From: Bryobacterales bacterium | GTDB lineage: Bacteria > Acidobacteriota > Terriglobia > Bryobacterales > UBA6623 | Length of the DNA stretch: 64,000 nucleotides | Assembly (NCBI GenBank): GCA_963422375.2 | Contig: OY729428.2 | Location: 96,001 to 160,000 of the forward strand | Direction: 5' to 3' | Shown here: positions 1 through 9,886 of the stretch, one piece after another | How positions within the stretch are numbered: position 1 is the first letter of the stretch | Layout of the letters: each line of letters opens with the position of its first letter | Position numbers and translations under genes: made by a program | Notes under the pieces: model-generated | The model's database searches: none | Seen by the model: only the letters and a program-made list of their open reading frames with translations | What the model was told of the DNA's origin: nothing

Positions 1-944
1 TGCTCTGGCCGGGGGTCGCGATCATGGTGGCCGAAGCGCTCACGGCGCTGGCCCTCAGCTGGCGCACGTTCGTGCGCACCTTCCGCGCCGGCGCGACTTT
101 CGGCGGAGCCGAGGCGGGCGGCGAGCACATCTCGACCAAGTGGTGGCGCAACGGCCTCGCCCTCGCCGCGGCCGGCACGATGGCGGTGGCGTGGTACCTG
201 TTCGACATACCGCCGCACCTGTCGGCGCTGGCGCTCGCGCTGTCGTTCGCCCTGGCCGCAGTCGCCGTCCGCTCGACCGGCGAGACGGACATCAACCCAG
301 TCGGCGGCATGGGCAAGGTCACGCAGCTGGTGTACGGCGGGGTCGCGCCGGGGAGCATCGGCACGAACCTGATGGCCGCGGCCATCACCGGGGCCGGGGC
401 CTCGCAGTCGGCGGACATGATGCAGGACCTGAAGACCGGCCGGCTCCTCGGAGCGTCGCCCAAGCGGCAGTTCATCGCGCAGCTGTGGGGCATCGGCGCG
501 GGCGTGCTCTTCTGCGTGCCGGCCTACCTGCTCGTCACGAGCGCGTACCCGCTCGGCGGCGAGCAGTTGCCGGCTCCGGCGGCCTTCTCGTGGAAGGCGA
601 TGGCCGAACTTTTGACCGAGGGTCTCGACGCGCTGCCGCCGCATGCGGAGACCGCCGTGGCAGTCGGAGCCGCGGTCGGCATCCTGCTGCCGGTCCTGCG
701 GCGTTTCACGGGTCTCGCGCCCTACCTCCCGAGCGGCCTCGCGCTCGGCATTGCCTTCATTGTCCAGGCATACTTCTCGCTGGTCATCTTCTTCGGCGCC
801 CTGGCGCTGGTGGCCTGGCGCAGGCTGGGTCCCGGAAGCGCCAAGAAGCTCAGCTTCGCCGTGGCATCGGGCCTCGTGGCTGGGGAGGGGCTGTTCGGCA
901 TACTCAAGGCGGCCATGACACTTCTCGGGGTGCCTACCCTGTAG
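1..944 (+). CDS. OPT-family oligopeptide transporter, C-terminal part (runs off the window start)
   Basis: Polytopic hydrophobic ORF with OPT/YSL motifs GETDINP, ADMMQDLKTG.LLGASP, ASGLVAGEG. Confidence 0.85.
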   Translation, partial: LWPGVAIMVAEALTALALSWRTFVRTFRAGATFGGAEAGGEHISTKWWRNGLALAAAGTMAVAWYLFDIPPHLSALALALSFALAAVAVRSTGETDINPVGGMGKVTQLVYGGVAPGSIGTNLMAAAITGAGASQSADMMQDLKTGRLLGASPKRQFIAQLWGIGAGVLFCVPAYLLVTSAYPLGGEQLPAPAAFSWKAMAELLTEGLDALPPHAETAVAVGAAVGILLPVLRRFTGLAPYLPSGLALGIAFIVQAYFSLVIFFGALALVAWRRLGPGSAKKLSFAVASGLVAGEGLFGILKAAMTLLGVPTL

Positions 945-1220
945 GCCTTCCCGGCCTATGGAAGGCAAGTTGGCACGATGTCGGCGCGGGCAGTCGCGAC
1001 TTGGACGGCAGTCGGAAGGCCGCGGTCCCGCACGGCAGGCCTCGACGCGCCACGAGGGGCGGCGGCGCCTCGATCCGACGAGACCGGACGCCAAGCGGAC
1101 TCGTCCAAGGGAAGCATGTGCGGGCGGCGTTTCCTGCGAGGTCGCACGGCAGCCTTCCGGCAGGGCTCGCTGGCAACCTCAAGCGGCACCGCCAGGCTGC
1201 GCACTAGGCGGGAGCGGGGA

Positions 1221-1397
1221 ATGGGGAGCATTGGCTGCCTCGTGCTCATCGGGCTCTTGATCTTCGCTCCGTTCGCGACGCTGTGGGCCGTTTCCGTAAT
1301 CGGACTCACGCTGTGGGACTTGATTACCAGTCCGTTCGTGATTGTTTGCTGCTTGCTGGGGCTAGGCATCGGCTACCTGCGATCCAAGTCGCGCTAG
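1221..1397 (+). CDS. Small membrane protein (58 aa)
   Basis: ATG at 1221 after a purine-rich RBS. Two hydrophobic segments MGSIGCLVLIGLLIFAPF...CCLLGLGIGYLRSKSR. Confidence 0.5.
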   Translation: MGSIGCLVLIGLLIFAPFATLWAVSVIGLTLWDLITSPFVIVCCLLGLGIGYLRSKSR

Positions 1398-2930
1398 CCC
1401 ACATTGTTCACGAATGCGGCGCAGGCTCATGAATCCAGTGTCTGGACCCTCGATGGCCGCCAAATCTGCTTCCGAAACGCCTGCGGGCGGGGAATGCGGG
1501 GCTTGCGGGGCGTCTCGCGAGCGGCCTGCGGGCCGCGGACACCTCCTCGGCGGCACCCGCCCGGGGGGGGGCAGGCACGGTTTCCCCCGGCGGCGCCCGG
1601 CGCCTGCCGACACTCTCCGGATGGACCCGGCCCGGCGTCATATCGGCACGGCCCCCAAGCCCCGCGCCACCACCGCCCAGGCGTCCCGGAACGGTGCCGT
1701 CCGCGGCACTCGCAGCACGATCGGCTTCGCCGTGGCCGCGACCCGCGCCCCCGGCTTCGGCAGGCCGAGGCGCAACCCGTCCACCCGGCGCTTCCGCAGC
1801 GGCGTGTCCCGTGCCTGCCAGCGCAGTTCCTGCATGATCACGCAGGCCGCCGCCGCGAGCGGCGCGCGGAACCGGTTCGCCGCGAAGCTCGAGCAGCTGG
1901 CGCGGTCCATCCGCATCCCGTGCTCGAGCTCCTTGACGCGGTTCTCCTCGTCTCCCCGCAGGCAGTGGATCCGCTCGCAGAGGCGCTGCGGGCTGCCGCC
2001 CGCGTTGGTCACCGCATAGCGCGGGTTCCACTGCGGGGCGCGCCCGGGAAACTCGCTCACGTCGGCCTTGACGATCGCCCGCCGCGCCCGCGACCGGCGG
2101 CCCGCCCGGTAGGCGAACTGCCCGTGCAGCGGGCCCGGGCCGCTGCCCGCGTCCTCCGCGCCCGGCCGGCCCCCCTGCGTGCCGGCTCCCGGCCGCGCGT
2201 ACTTCGCCCGCAACTGCTCCAGCCGGGACGGCGGGTCCCCCGCGGCCGCCGCTGCCCCGCCGCGGTCCGTGCCCGGGGTGCCGCCGGGCGCGCGCCGGGC
2301 CTCGACGGCCGCCCGCAACGGGGCCGCGCGCCGCTCCGGCACCGCGTTCTTCTGCATGCACACCACGTACTCGCAGTACTCCAGGCCCTCGCGCTCGCCA
2401 TAGGCCGGCAGCTCGTCCCCTTGGAAGCCCGCGTCCCAGCGCAGGCGCAGCGTCGCCCGCGGGAAGAATTCCCGCAGCAGCGGCAGCAAGCCCTCCGCGG
2501 CGGCGGCCGTGCCCGAGCGCGGCAGCGCCGCCACGAGATGCTGCTCGCGCTCGTTGTCGAAGCGTACCACGCCCACCAGCGGCAAGTAGCAAGGCAAGTA
2601 GCAATGCGTGTCGTAGAAGCCGTTGCACAGCGCCAGCTGCCGGCCCCCGTGCGGCGGCTTGCAGGTCCGGTCGAAGTCCGGCTCGACGATGCTCGTCTCT
2701 GGGTGCCGCTCGTGCCGGCGCCGCACGACGCAGCGGGCCGGTACCGCGGACAGCGCGCTCGGCGCGTCCGCGGTGCCGGCGTTCTCGAAGCGCGACAGGG
2801 TGGGCCGGGACGGCAGGTCGCGGCCCTGCCAGGGGTCGCGCCCGAGCGGCAGCTTGAACACGGGGTCGCCGCCGAGGCGCCCGGCGTCGTGGCAGTCCTC
2901 CTAGCCGCGGGCGAGGCCGTAGACGCGCCA
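1398..2930 (-). mobile_element. IS1380-family element, 5'-truncated, transposase pseudogene
   Basis: Terminal IR CCCACATTGTTCACGAAT at 1398 directly after CTAG. ORF 1638..2861 has IS1380 motifs (LPSRPTLSRFEN, FYDTHCYLP, RGDEENRVKELE, FAANRFR). Amber stop at 2901-2903 in the G-[Y]-E-D motif. Confidence 0.85.
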
Positions 2931-3172
2931 CGCCGCCCAGCTTCCGCTCCTGCGCGGCGATCCAGCGCAGAGCCGGCAGCACGGGCCCCAGGTCCGTTTC
3001 CTCGCGGCAGGAATCTTGCACGAGCTAAGGAACGCTGTAGTATCGAGTCATCGAACAAGAGTCGGTGCGCGAAACGCAGCGAGCAGGCTGTGTTTCGAGA
3101 GGAAACGATACCGATAGATCTCGTTCGTTCCAGCGTATGCGTGAACGTCTGATCGTGCTGCTCTAGTCCGCC

Positions 3173-4747
3173 ATGGTGCCGATGAAGCAGCAGCTGACAC
3201 AGGTTTGGAACGCGCTGCGCGCCAGCAGCCCGGAACGCCTCTCCGCGCTGTTGGAGGTCAACATACGGCATCTTCGCGACGTTCGAGACTTGCGAGTGGC
3301 GTTCGACTATCCCGTTTGCGTGCTTGCAGGACCCAACGGATGCAGCAAGTCGACCGTCCTATTCGCGTGCGCTTGCGCTTACCGCGTGCCGGGGCACGGG
3401 CCACGGGAGTTCGTCCCAAGCAGCCTGTTTCCCGACTTTTCCGGACGACCCGGGGCACCGTTGGCAGATGCCGTTGACCGCACGGAACTAGTCTTACACT
3501 ACCTGCACGAGGGCGAGCGGACCTCCATGGCCTGGAAGCGAAACAAGACATGGAATCGCAGCTTCATGGAGCGACGCCGAGGCAAGCAGCCTGACCGCGA
3601 TCTCTATCTCCGTACCCTTACCAACCTCACCAACCCGTCCGAGGTTCGAGGCGTCCTGCAGATTGCCCGCAGGCCCTACGACACGACCAGACTGACACCC
3701 GATCTTCTGATCCTGGCCCAGCGGATCCTGCCAGGGAGGTACCGGACACTATCGCTCATAGGAGCGAATATTCGCGATCTGCTGTTCGCCGAGCTCGAGG
3801 GCGCGGAGAACACGGCGTACGTCCGAGTTCCACATGTCGTCCGGAGAGCGGACGATTCTACGCGTTTCCAAGGCCATCTCGCGGCTCGAGAATGCCCTCG
3901 TCCTGATCGACGAGATCGAGACCGGTCTGCATCCATACACGCAACAGCAGATGATGCTGGAACTGCAGCGGATCGCCCTCAGACGGCGACTGCAGATCAT
4001 CGTCGCCACCCACAGCGCGGTCGTCCTCGACAGCGTGCCTCCGGAGGCACGCATCTTTCTCGACCGCGACCCCGGAAGCGCCGACGTGCGTCGAGTGCCC
4101 GCTTACCGTGACATCTTCCAGAAGGCCCTGTACGGGCAATCGCTGGACCGCCTCTCCATCTTGTGCGAGGACGATGTCTCCGAGAGGCTGATCGGCGGCG
4201 CGCTGGATGTCTTGAACGTGAGGACGGGCCTTCGCCACCAAGATGTGTTCGTAGGCAGGAACACCGGGCAAGGCGAGTTTCCGGCCCATGTTCGCGCACT
4301 TGGAAAGTTCGGCAAGCTGCATGACTTCCTATTCGTCCTGGATGGCGACGCCGACCAGATGGCTGACCGACTTCGCTCCGTAGGGGAGAGCCAAGGCCAC
4401 TGGGTCGATCCGCTGGTCCTGCCGGGATGCCGGGATACGGACCGCCCGAGGAATGGATTTGGCGCATGCTCGGGCGGTCACCGGACATTCACGCGGTGCC
4501 GCTCGGCTTAGCCGCCGACGACATCGTCAGCCGGATGCGCGAAATCGAGCAAGTGGTCCACGGCGCGCTCAAGCCGACGGAGGCGCTCAAGGCGCGGCTC
4601 GAAGCGCTGGCCGGCGAGGTGAACCGCTCGACCGCCGAAATCGCGAGGTTGGTCAGCCGCAACGAGACGGCGAAGCCGGAGGGAGGGTCGATGGCCTCGT
4701 TCGCCACCTTGCTCGAGGAGAAGATCCGCGCCTAGCGGCAACTGTGA
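3173..4747 (+). pseudogene. ABC/AAA_21-type ATPase with C-terminal TOPRIM-like domain (OLD-like), frameshifted
   Basis: Walker A GPNGCSKST, signature MSSGE, Walker B LVLIDEIETGLHP, H-loop ATHS, then ILCED...VLDGD. Frameshifts near 3821 and 4430, and TAG at 4733 just before the probable original end. Confidence 0.75.
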
Positions 4748-4807
4748 ATCAGGACGGCGCGACGACTGCAGAGTGAGAGTGATTGCCGGCGCTTACCGCC
4801 GTCGCGG

Positions 4808-5096
4808 GTGGAGACCAAGCACGGGGAGGCGGAGCGCATGGTGCGGGCCCGCGACGCGGGCAACGGCGCCCCCGCCGCTGAAGCGGGACCGGCAGGGGGG
4901 ATGGCAGGGAAGCTGGCGACCGAGGAAGGCCAGAGACCATTGAAGCTACGGGAGCGGACGCTGGAGACGGAGTTCGGGATCGTCAAGCCGGCGCTCGGAT
5001 TCCCCGCCTTCCTGCTGCCGCGAAGCGAGAACGCGCGGGGCGAGCGGAGCCTGGTCGCCCTGTCGTACAACTCCAGGCGGCTGCACGTTTTCCAAT
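4808..5096 (+). mobile_element. IS1182-family transposase C-terminal remnant, interrupted by IS1595
   Basis: KLRERTLETEFGIVKPALGFPAFLLPRSENARGERSLVALSYNSRRL resembles the IS1182 C-terminal RKxxVEPVFGxIK...LxYNxxR pattern. Confidence 0.6.
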
Positions 5097-6149
5097 GGGA
5101 ATTATATATCTGAGTGCCGACAACGCCATGTCCGACGAGAACTGCTCTGAGCAGGGAGGTCGGTGTCGAGCTCGGGTCATTCGAGTGCGGCCGCGGCAGG
5201 CACGGAGGGGTGGGATCGTATCTGAATCGAGCCTGCCAGCGGATTGGACGAGGAACGGACTAGAGAGGCCACCTCGCATGCCCCGGTGGAACCCGGTTGG
5301 CGGTGGCAGGGCACCCCTTGCAAGCCGCTTGCAGGCCCTCCGAGGGCCGAAGACAGCGGATCCCCGGCGCTCGACGGCCTGCATGGACGGTCCGGGCCGG
5401 ACCGGGGTCGCACCGGGGCATGCCGGATCCGGTGCGACCCTCGCACCGAGCGTGAAGCGCACCGAGCGTGAAGCGCGCGCCCGCAGCGGGCTGCCGCGCT
5501 CAGCGCGGCGGGCGCCGCTCAGGCCGCGACCGCGGCCTTGCCGGTCAGCTGCCAATAGGTCAACGTCCGGCCGACCAAGCCCCGCGCCATGCGCCGCATC
5601 TGTTCCGCCGTGTCGCAGTCGCGGTCGTTGCGCCGTCCCGCGAACTCCGTGAGGTAGCTTCCGGCTGATGCCTAGGTCGCGGTGCAGCTTCATGCTCGAG
5701 ACGCCCTTGATGCCGGTGGTCAGCAGGAACAGGGCGACGGCCCGGGTGCGGTAGCCGAGCTTGGTGTCGGCCATCACGCTGCCGGTGCGCACCGAAAAGC
5801 GCTTGCCGCAGCCGCGGCAACGGTACGGCATCGAAGGGTGGGCCGCGTCGGACTGCACGCTGGAGCCGCGGCAGCGGGGGCACGCGGGACCGTCCGGCCA
5901 GCGCATGGAGGCGAACCACCTTTCCGCGGATTCGTCATCGGGGAACATGGCGATCACTTCGATCAATGTGATGCCTTTACGGAACCACTTTCCGGGACCT
6001 GATTTCTTCATTTACGGCATCCCCTGCTGGCACTATTCTACCAAGAAACACCACAGAATATCAACAGAAAATCGGAAGAAATATGAAATCTTATTATGCC
6101 TTGATAATTTGCCGACTTGATTCCCTCGGCACTCAGATATATAATTCCC
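5097..6149 (-). mobile_element. IS1595-family element (type A), internally deleted copy
   Basis: 24-bp IRs GGGAATTATATATCTGAGTGCCGA at both ends. 8-bp TSD TTTCCAAT (5089-5096 / 6150-6157). Zn-ribbon/HTH transposase start at 6011. About 460 bp of the DDE core is missing relative to 27453..28986. Confidence 0.92.
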
Positions 6150-6565
6150 TTTCCAATCTGCCAAGTCCGCCCGAGCGCGCCTTTCTTGGCCGCGAAACTG
6201 GCCGGACCTGCCCGCTAGCGCCATCTGAAGGCCCCGCGCGGGCATTCCGGGCACGAGCGCCCGCCCGGGGCGGGAACGCCCCACCCGCCCGAAGCGGCGC
6301 ATCGAGCGGTCCGGCATCGCCGACACTTTCCCGGCGCCTTCCGCGGCTTATCTGTCCGACAGAGGGCCGGGCGCGGGGCTCGATTCCTTGGGCGGTCAGC
6401 GCGCAAGGGCGGCGGAGTCCGTCCCGACACGGCCGGCGAGACGCCAGCGCGCGAGCACTTGCTTAGGCCCGCTCGTCCGCCGCGCTGCGCGCACGCTTGC
6501 GATCCGCCCGGACCCGTTCGCGGCATTTCCATTCGGAATCGCTCGCGCTCGCCATAACCTGCAAG

Positions 6566-8995
6566 ATGCGGTTCATACTGCCAATCATCGCCACCCTTCC
6601 GTTGCTGCTGTCCACCGGCCAGCCGGCTTCCGCTCAAGGCGGAGGCCGGCTGGCCGGCACGGTCTCGAGGCAAGAGACCGGCACGCCGATCCACGGTGCG
6701 AGCGTGCTGGTTCTCGAGCTGGGACGCAGCGCGATCACTGACGACCACGGCACCTACGCGTTCGCCGGCGTGCCGCCAGGCACGTATCACGTCGTCGCAC
6801 ACCTCGACCACCTGTTCACCGAACCGGGAAAGACGGTCGCGGTCGCGGCGGGAGAGACTTCGAAACTGGACTTCCTGCTGTCGCTGACCGCGGATCGGTT
6901 CGAGATCACGGTCACGGCTGCGGCCAAGGAGGAGACGCTGCTCGAAGCGTTCCAAGACGTCGAGTCGTTCGACGCCTACGAGCTCGCCGAGTCGAGCGCC
7001 GTCTCGCTCGGCGAGGCGCTGGATCACCGCGTCGGGACGGGCATCGCCAAGCGCAGCTTCGGTCCCGGCAGCGCCTGTCCGATCGTGCGCGGATTCGACG
7101 GGGACCGCGTGCTGGTCATGGAGGACGGCATTCGTACGGGCACGCTGTCGTCGCAGTCCGGGGACCACGGCGAGATTTTCGGCGTGGCGCAGCTCGAACG
7201 GCTCGAGGTCGTCAAGGGCCCCTCCATGCTGCTCTACAGCGGCAACGCGGTAGGCGGCACGGTCAACGCCGTCAGCCGGCACCACGAGCTTCACCGGCGC
7301 CCGCGCCAGGGCCTGCGCGGGTTCCTGTCCGGCTCGGGAGGGTCCACCAACGCCCTGGGAGGAGGCAGCGCCGGGCTGGAGTACGGCATCGGCAAAGTGC
7401 AGTTCTGGGGCCATGGCGGCGGCGTGCGGACGGGAGACTACTCCGCGCCCGGCGTGGGCACGGTATTCAACTCCCGCACGGAACTCGTCAACACCGGCGG
7501 CGGCATCGGATGGTACGGCGACCGGTTCTTCCTCAGCGCTGAGGCCAGGCGCGACCGGGCCGAGTACGGGGTCCCGTTCGCCCACGAGTTCCACGGCCAC
7601 CACGGGGACGAGGATCGTGACGACGACGGTCACGGCGACGAGGACGATCACGGGGACGACGACCACGGCGACGACGACCACGGCGACGAGGACGAAGACC
7701 GGGACGATCACGGGCACCACGGGGAGGAAATCGAACGGATCGCTCTCCAGGCGCGACGCGACAGCTATCGCGTGAACTGGGGGGCGCGAGGGCTCCGCGG
7801 CCCCTTCGAGAGCTTCCAGCTGAAGCTGAGCTACGTCGATTGGGAGCACGACGAGATCGAGCACTTCGAAGACGGCGACTCCGCCATCGGCACGTCGTTC
7901 CGCAACGACCGAATCGTCTACAGGGGCGAGCTCGAGCAGAACAGGAAAGGGCCCTTGAGCGGACGGCTCGGCTTCTGGGGCTTGGACCGCAACTACAGCG
8001 CCGCCGGGGAGGAGGCGCTCTCGCCGCCGGTCGCCGGCACGGGCTTCGCCGTCTTCGGCCTCGAGGAAGTGGATTTCGAGCGCTTCAAGCTGCAGTTCGG
8101 GGGCCGTCTCGAAACGCGGCGCTACCGGCCTTCGTTTTCCGAGCGCGGAGCGGGCCATGACCACGGGGAAGAGGGTCACGAGGAAGAGGAAGGCGGGCAC
8201 GCGGACGGGCACGCGGCGCCGGACGCGATCGAACGAGCGTTCAGCGGCGCGTCCGCCGCGATCGGCATCCACGCCGATGCCTGGCGCGGGGGAGCGTTCG
8301 TCGCGCACTTCGCGCACAGCTATCGGGCGCCGGCACTGGAGGAACTCTATTTCTTCGGCCCGCACGCCGGAACCCGTACGTTCGATATCGGAGACCCGCT
8401 TCTCGACGCGGAGCGCGGCAACGGCTTCGACGCCTCCCTGAGGCACAGGCAGGATCGCCTCCGGGCCGAACTCAACTTCTTCTACTACGGTTTCGAAGAC
8501 TTCATCTTCCCGTTCGCCACCGGCGAGGAGGCGGACGGCCTGCTGGAGATCGCCTACACGCAGCGCGACGCCCGCTTCGCGGGCACCGAGGCGAACCTCG
8601 ACGTCGGGCTGCGCCGCGGCCTCTGGCTCAACCTCGGCATGGACTACGTCGACGCGAAGGACCCGGACTCGGGAACGCACCTGCCGCGGATTCCGCCCCT
8701 GCGCGGCAAGGTCGGGCTCGAATTCCGCAAGGGCGGCCTCCGCGTCGCGCCGGCGCTGATCCTCGCCGGGTCCCAGACGCGCACGTTCACGGAGGAAACG
8801 CCGACCGCGGGCTACGCGCTCATGGATCTGAAGGCGTCCTACACCTACGGGCAGCAGCGCCTCGCGCACCAGTTCTCGGTCAATGTCTTCAACCTAGGGG
8901 ACCGGCTCTACCGCAACCACTCGTCGTACATCAAGGATCTCGCCCCCGAGATCGGGCGCGGCGTGCGGTTCACCTACATGGTGCGGTTCTTCTAG
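6566..8995 (+). CDS. TonB-dependent receptor with His/Asp-rich loops (ZnuD-like metal uptake)
   Basis: Signal peptide, carboxypeptidase-regulatory-like N-domain, plug motifs (PIVRGFDGDRV, LEVVKGP.MLLY), HGDED-type repeats, C-terminal Phe. Confidence 0.9.
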   Translation: MRFILPIIATLPLLLSTGQPASAQGGGRLAGTVSRQETGTPIHGASVLVLELGRSAITDDHGTYAFAGVPPGTYHVVAHLDHLFTEPGKTVAVAAGETSKLDFLLSLTADRFEITVTAAAKEETLLEAFQDVESFDAYELAESSAVSLGEALDHRVGTGIAKRSFGPGSACPIVRGFDGDRVLVMEDGIRTGTLSSQSGDHGEIFGVAQLERLEVVKGPSMLLYSGNAVGGTVNAVSRHHELHRRPRQGLRGFLSGSGGSTNALGGGSAGLEYGIGKVQFWGHGGGVRTGDYSAPGVGTVFNSRTELVNTGGGIGWYGDRFFLSAEARRDRAEYGVPFAHEFHGHHGDEDRDDDGHGDEDDHGDDDHGDDDHGDEDEDRDDHGHHGEEIERIALQARRDSYRVNWGARGLRGPFESFQLKLSYVDWEHDEIEHFEDGDSAIGTSFRNDRIVYRGELEQNRKGPLSGRLGFWGLDRNYSAAGEEALSPPVAGTGFAVFGLEEVDFERFKLQFGGRLETRRYRPSFSERGAGHDHGEEGHEEEEGGHADGHAAPDAIERAFSGASAAIGIHADAWRGGAFVAHFAHSYRAPALEELYFFGPHAGTRTFDIGDPLLDAERGNGFDASLRHRQDRLRAELNFFYYGFEDFIFPFATGEEADGLLEIAYTQRDARFAGTEANLDVGLRRGLWLNLGMDYVDAKDPDSGTHLPRIPPLRGKVGLEFRKGGLRVAPALILAGSQTRTFTEETPTAGYALMDLKASYTYGQQRLAHQFSVNVFNLGDRLYRNHSSYIKDLAPEIGRGVRFTYMVRFF

Positions 8996-9702
8996 CCCGC
9001 ATTATTCACGAATGCGGGGCAGGCTCATGGGTCCAGTTTCTGGGCCATCGATATCGTCTCGGGGCGCCGCTCGTGCCGGCGCCGCACGACGCAGCGGGCC
9101 GGTATCGCGGACAGCGCGCTCGGCGCGTCCGCGGTGCCGGCGTTCTCGAAGCGCGACAGGGTGGGCCGGGACGGCAGGTCGCGGCCCTGCCAGGGGTCGC
9201 GCCCGAGCGGCAGCTTGAACACGGGGTCGCCGCCGAGGCGCCCGGCGTCGTGGCAGTCCTCCTAGCCGCAGGCGCGGCCGTAGATGCGCTGGCGGAGCAT
9301 GTCCGCGAGGGAGTGGAGCACCTCGGAGGGCTGGCGCCGGTCGCGCAGGCAGCCGGCGAACGCCGCGGTGAGGCCGGGAGCGCGGTCGGCGGCCTCGACC
9401 GGGACAGCGCCGCCGTCGGAGCTGCTGCGCTCGTGATCGCAGCGGACGGCGACGGGGCGACGGCGCGGATTGCGGAACGGAACGCCTTGGGAGCCTGCGG
9501 ATGCGACCATGCATTCATTATAACCTACCGGATGAAAACCACTTCAGCGTATAAACTTGGATCTCAATCGGACCGGGCCGGGGCTGCCGCCGGGGATCGC
9601 AGGGCACTCCCAGGAGTGAGGATCGCGCTGGACCGGGGGCCCTCACGGCCCGGGCGGAGGGACCGGACTATGGCCCTCCGGGCTACTCATGAATTATCCG
9701 GG
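8996..9702 (-). mobile_element. IS1380-family non-autonomous (internally deleted) element
   Basis: IRs CCCGCATTATTCACGA / CCCGGATAATTCATGA with CTAG duplicated on both sides (8992-8995, 9703-9706). Near-identical to parts of 1398..2930, with about 1.2 kb deleted. Confidence 0.88.
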
Positions 9703-9718
9703 CTAGGCGACGAGGGCG

Positions 9719-9795
9719 TGGTACCGACGGATGGATTCGAACCATCGACCTCCTGATCCACAATCAGGCGCTCTAACCAACTGAGCTACGTCGGC
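9719..9795 (-). tRNA. tRNA-His (GTG)
   Basis: Full cloverleaf: acceptor GCCGACG/CGTCGGT, D-arm GCTC/GAGC, anticodon arm CCTGA-TTGTGGA-TCAGG, T-arm GATGG-TTCGAAT-CCATC, discriminator A, encoded CCA. Confidence 0.97.
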
Positions 9796-9886
9796 AGCGA
9801 CGCGGCGACCCGGTAGAAATGGCCACGGTTTCGTATTCGCGCCACCCTAACCGCTCCAGCCCCATTCTACACGATCAGGCCTCCCG

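Noticed and set aside
7600..7725. Tandem repeats resembling an array
   Set aside because: They are coding His/Asp repeats inside the TonB receptor, with no spacers.
6215..8869. Long antisense or alternative-frame ORFs (e.g. 6215..8869, 18091..20169, 1404..3152, 53200..54945)
   Set aside because: Shadow ORFs expected in high-GC DNA. They are Arg/Pro/Ala-rich, lack motifs and overlap well-supported genes.
9702..9795. tRNA-His as the attachment site of an integrative element
   Set aside because: No integrase and no duplicated tRNA 3' end were found in the window.
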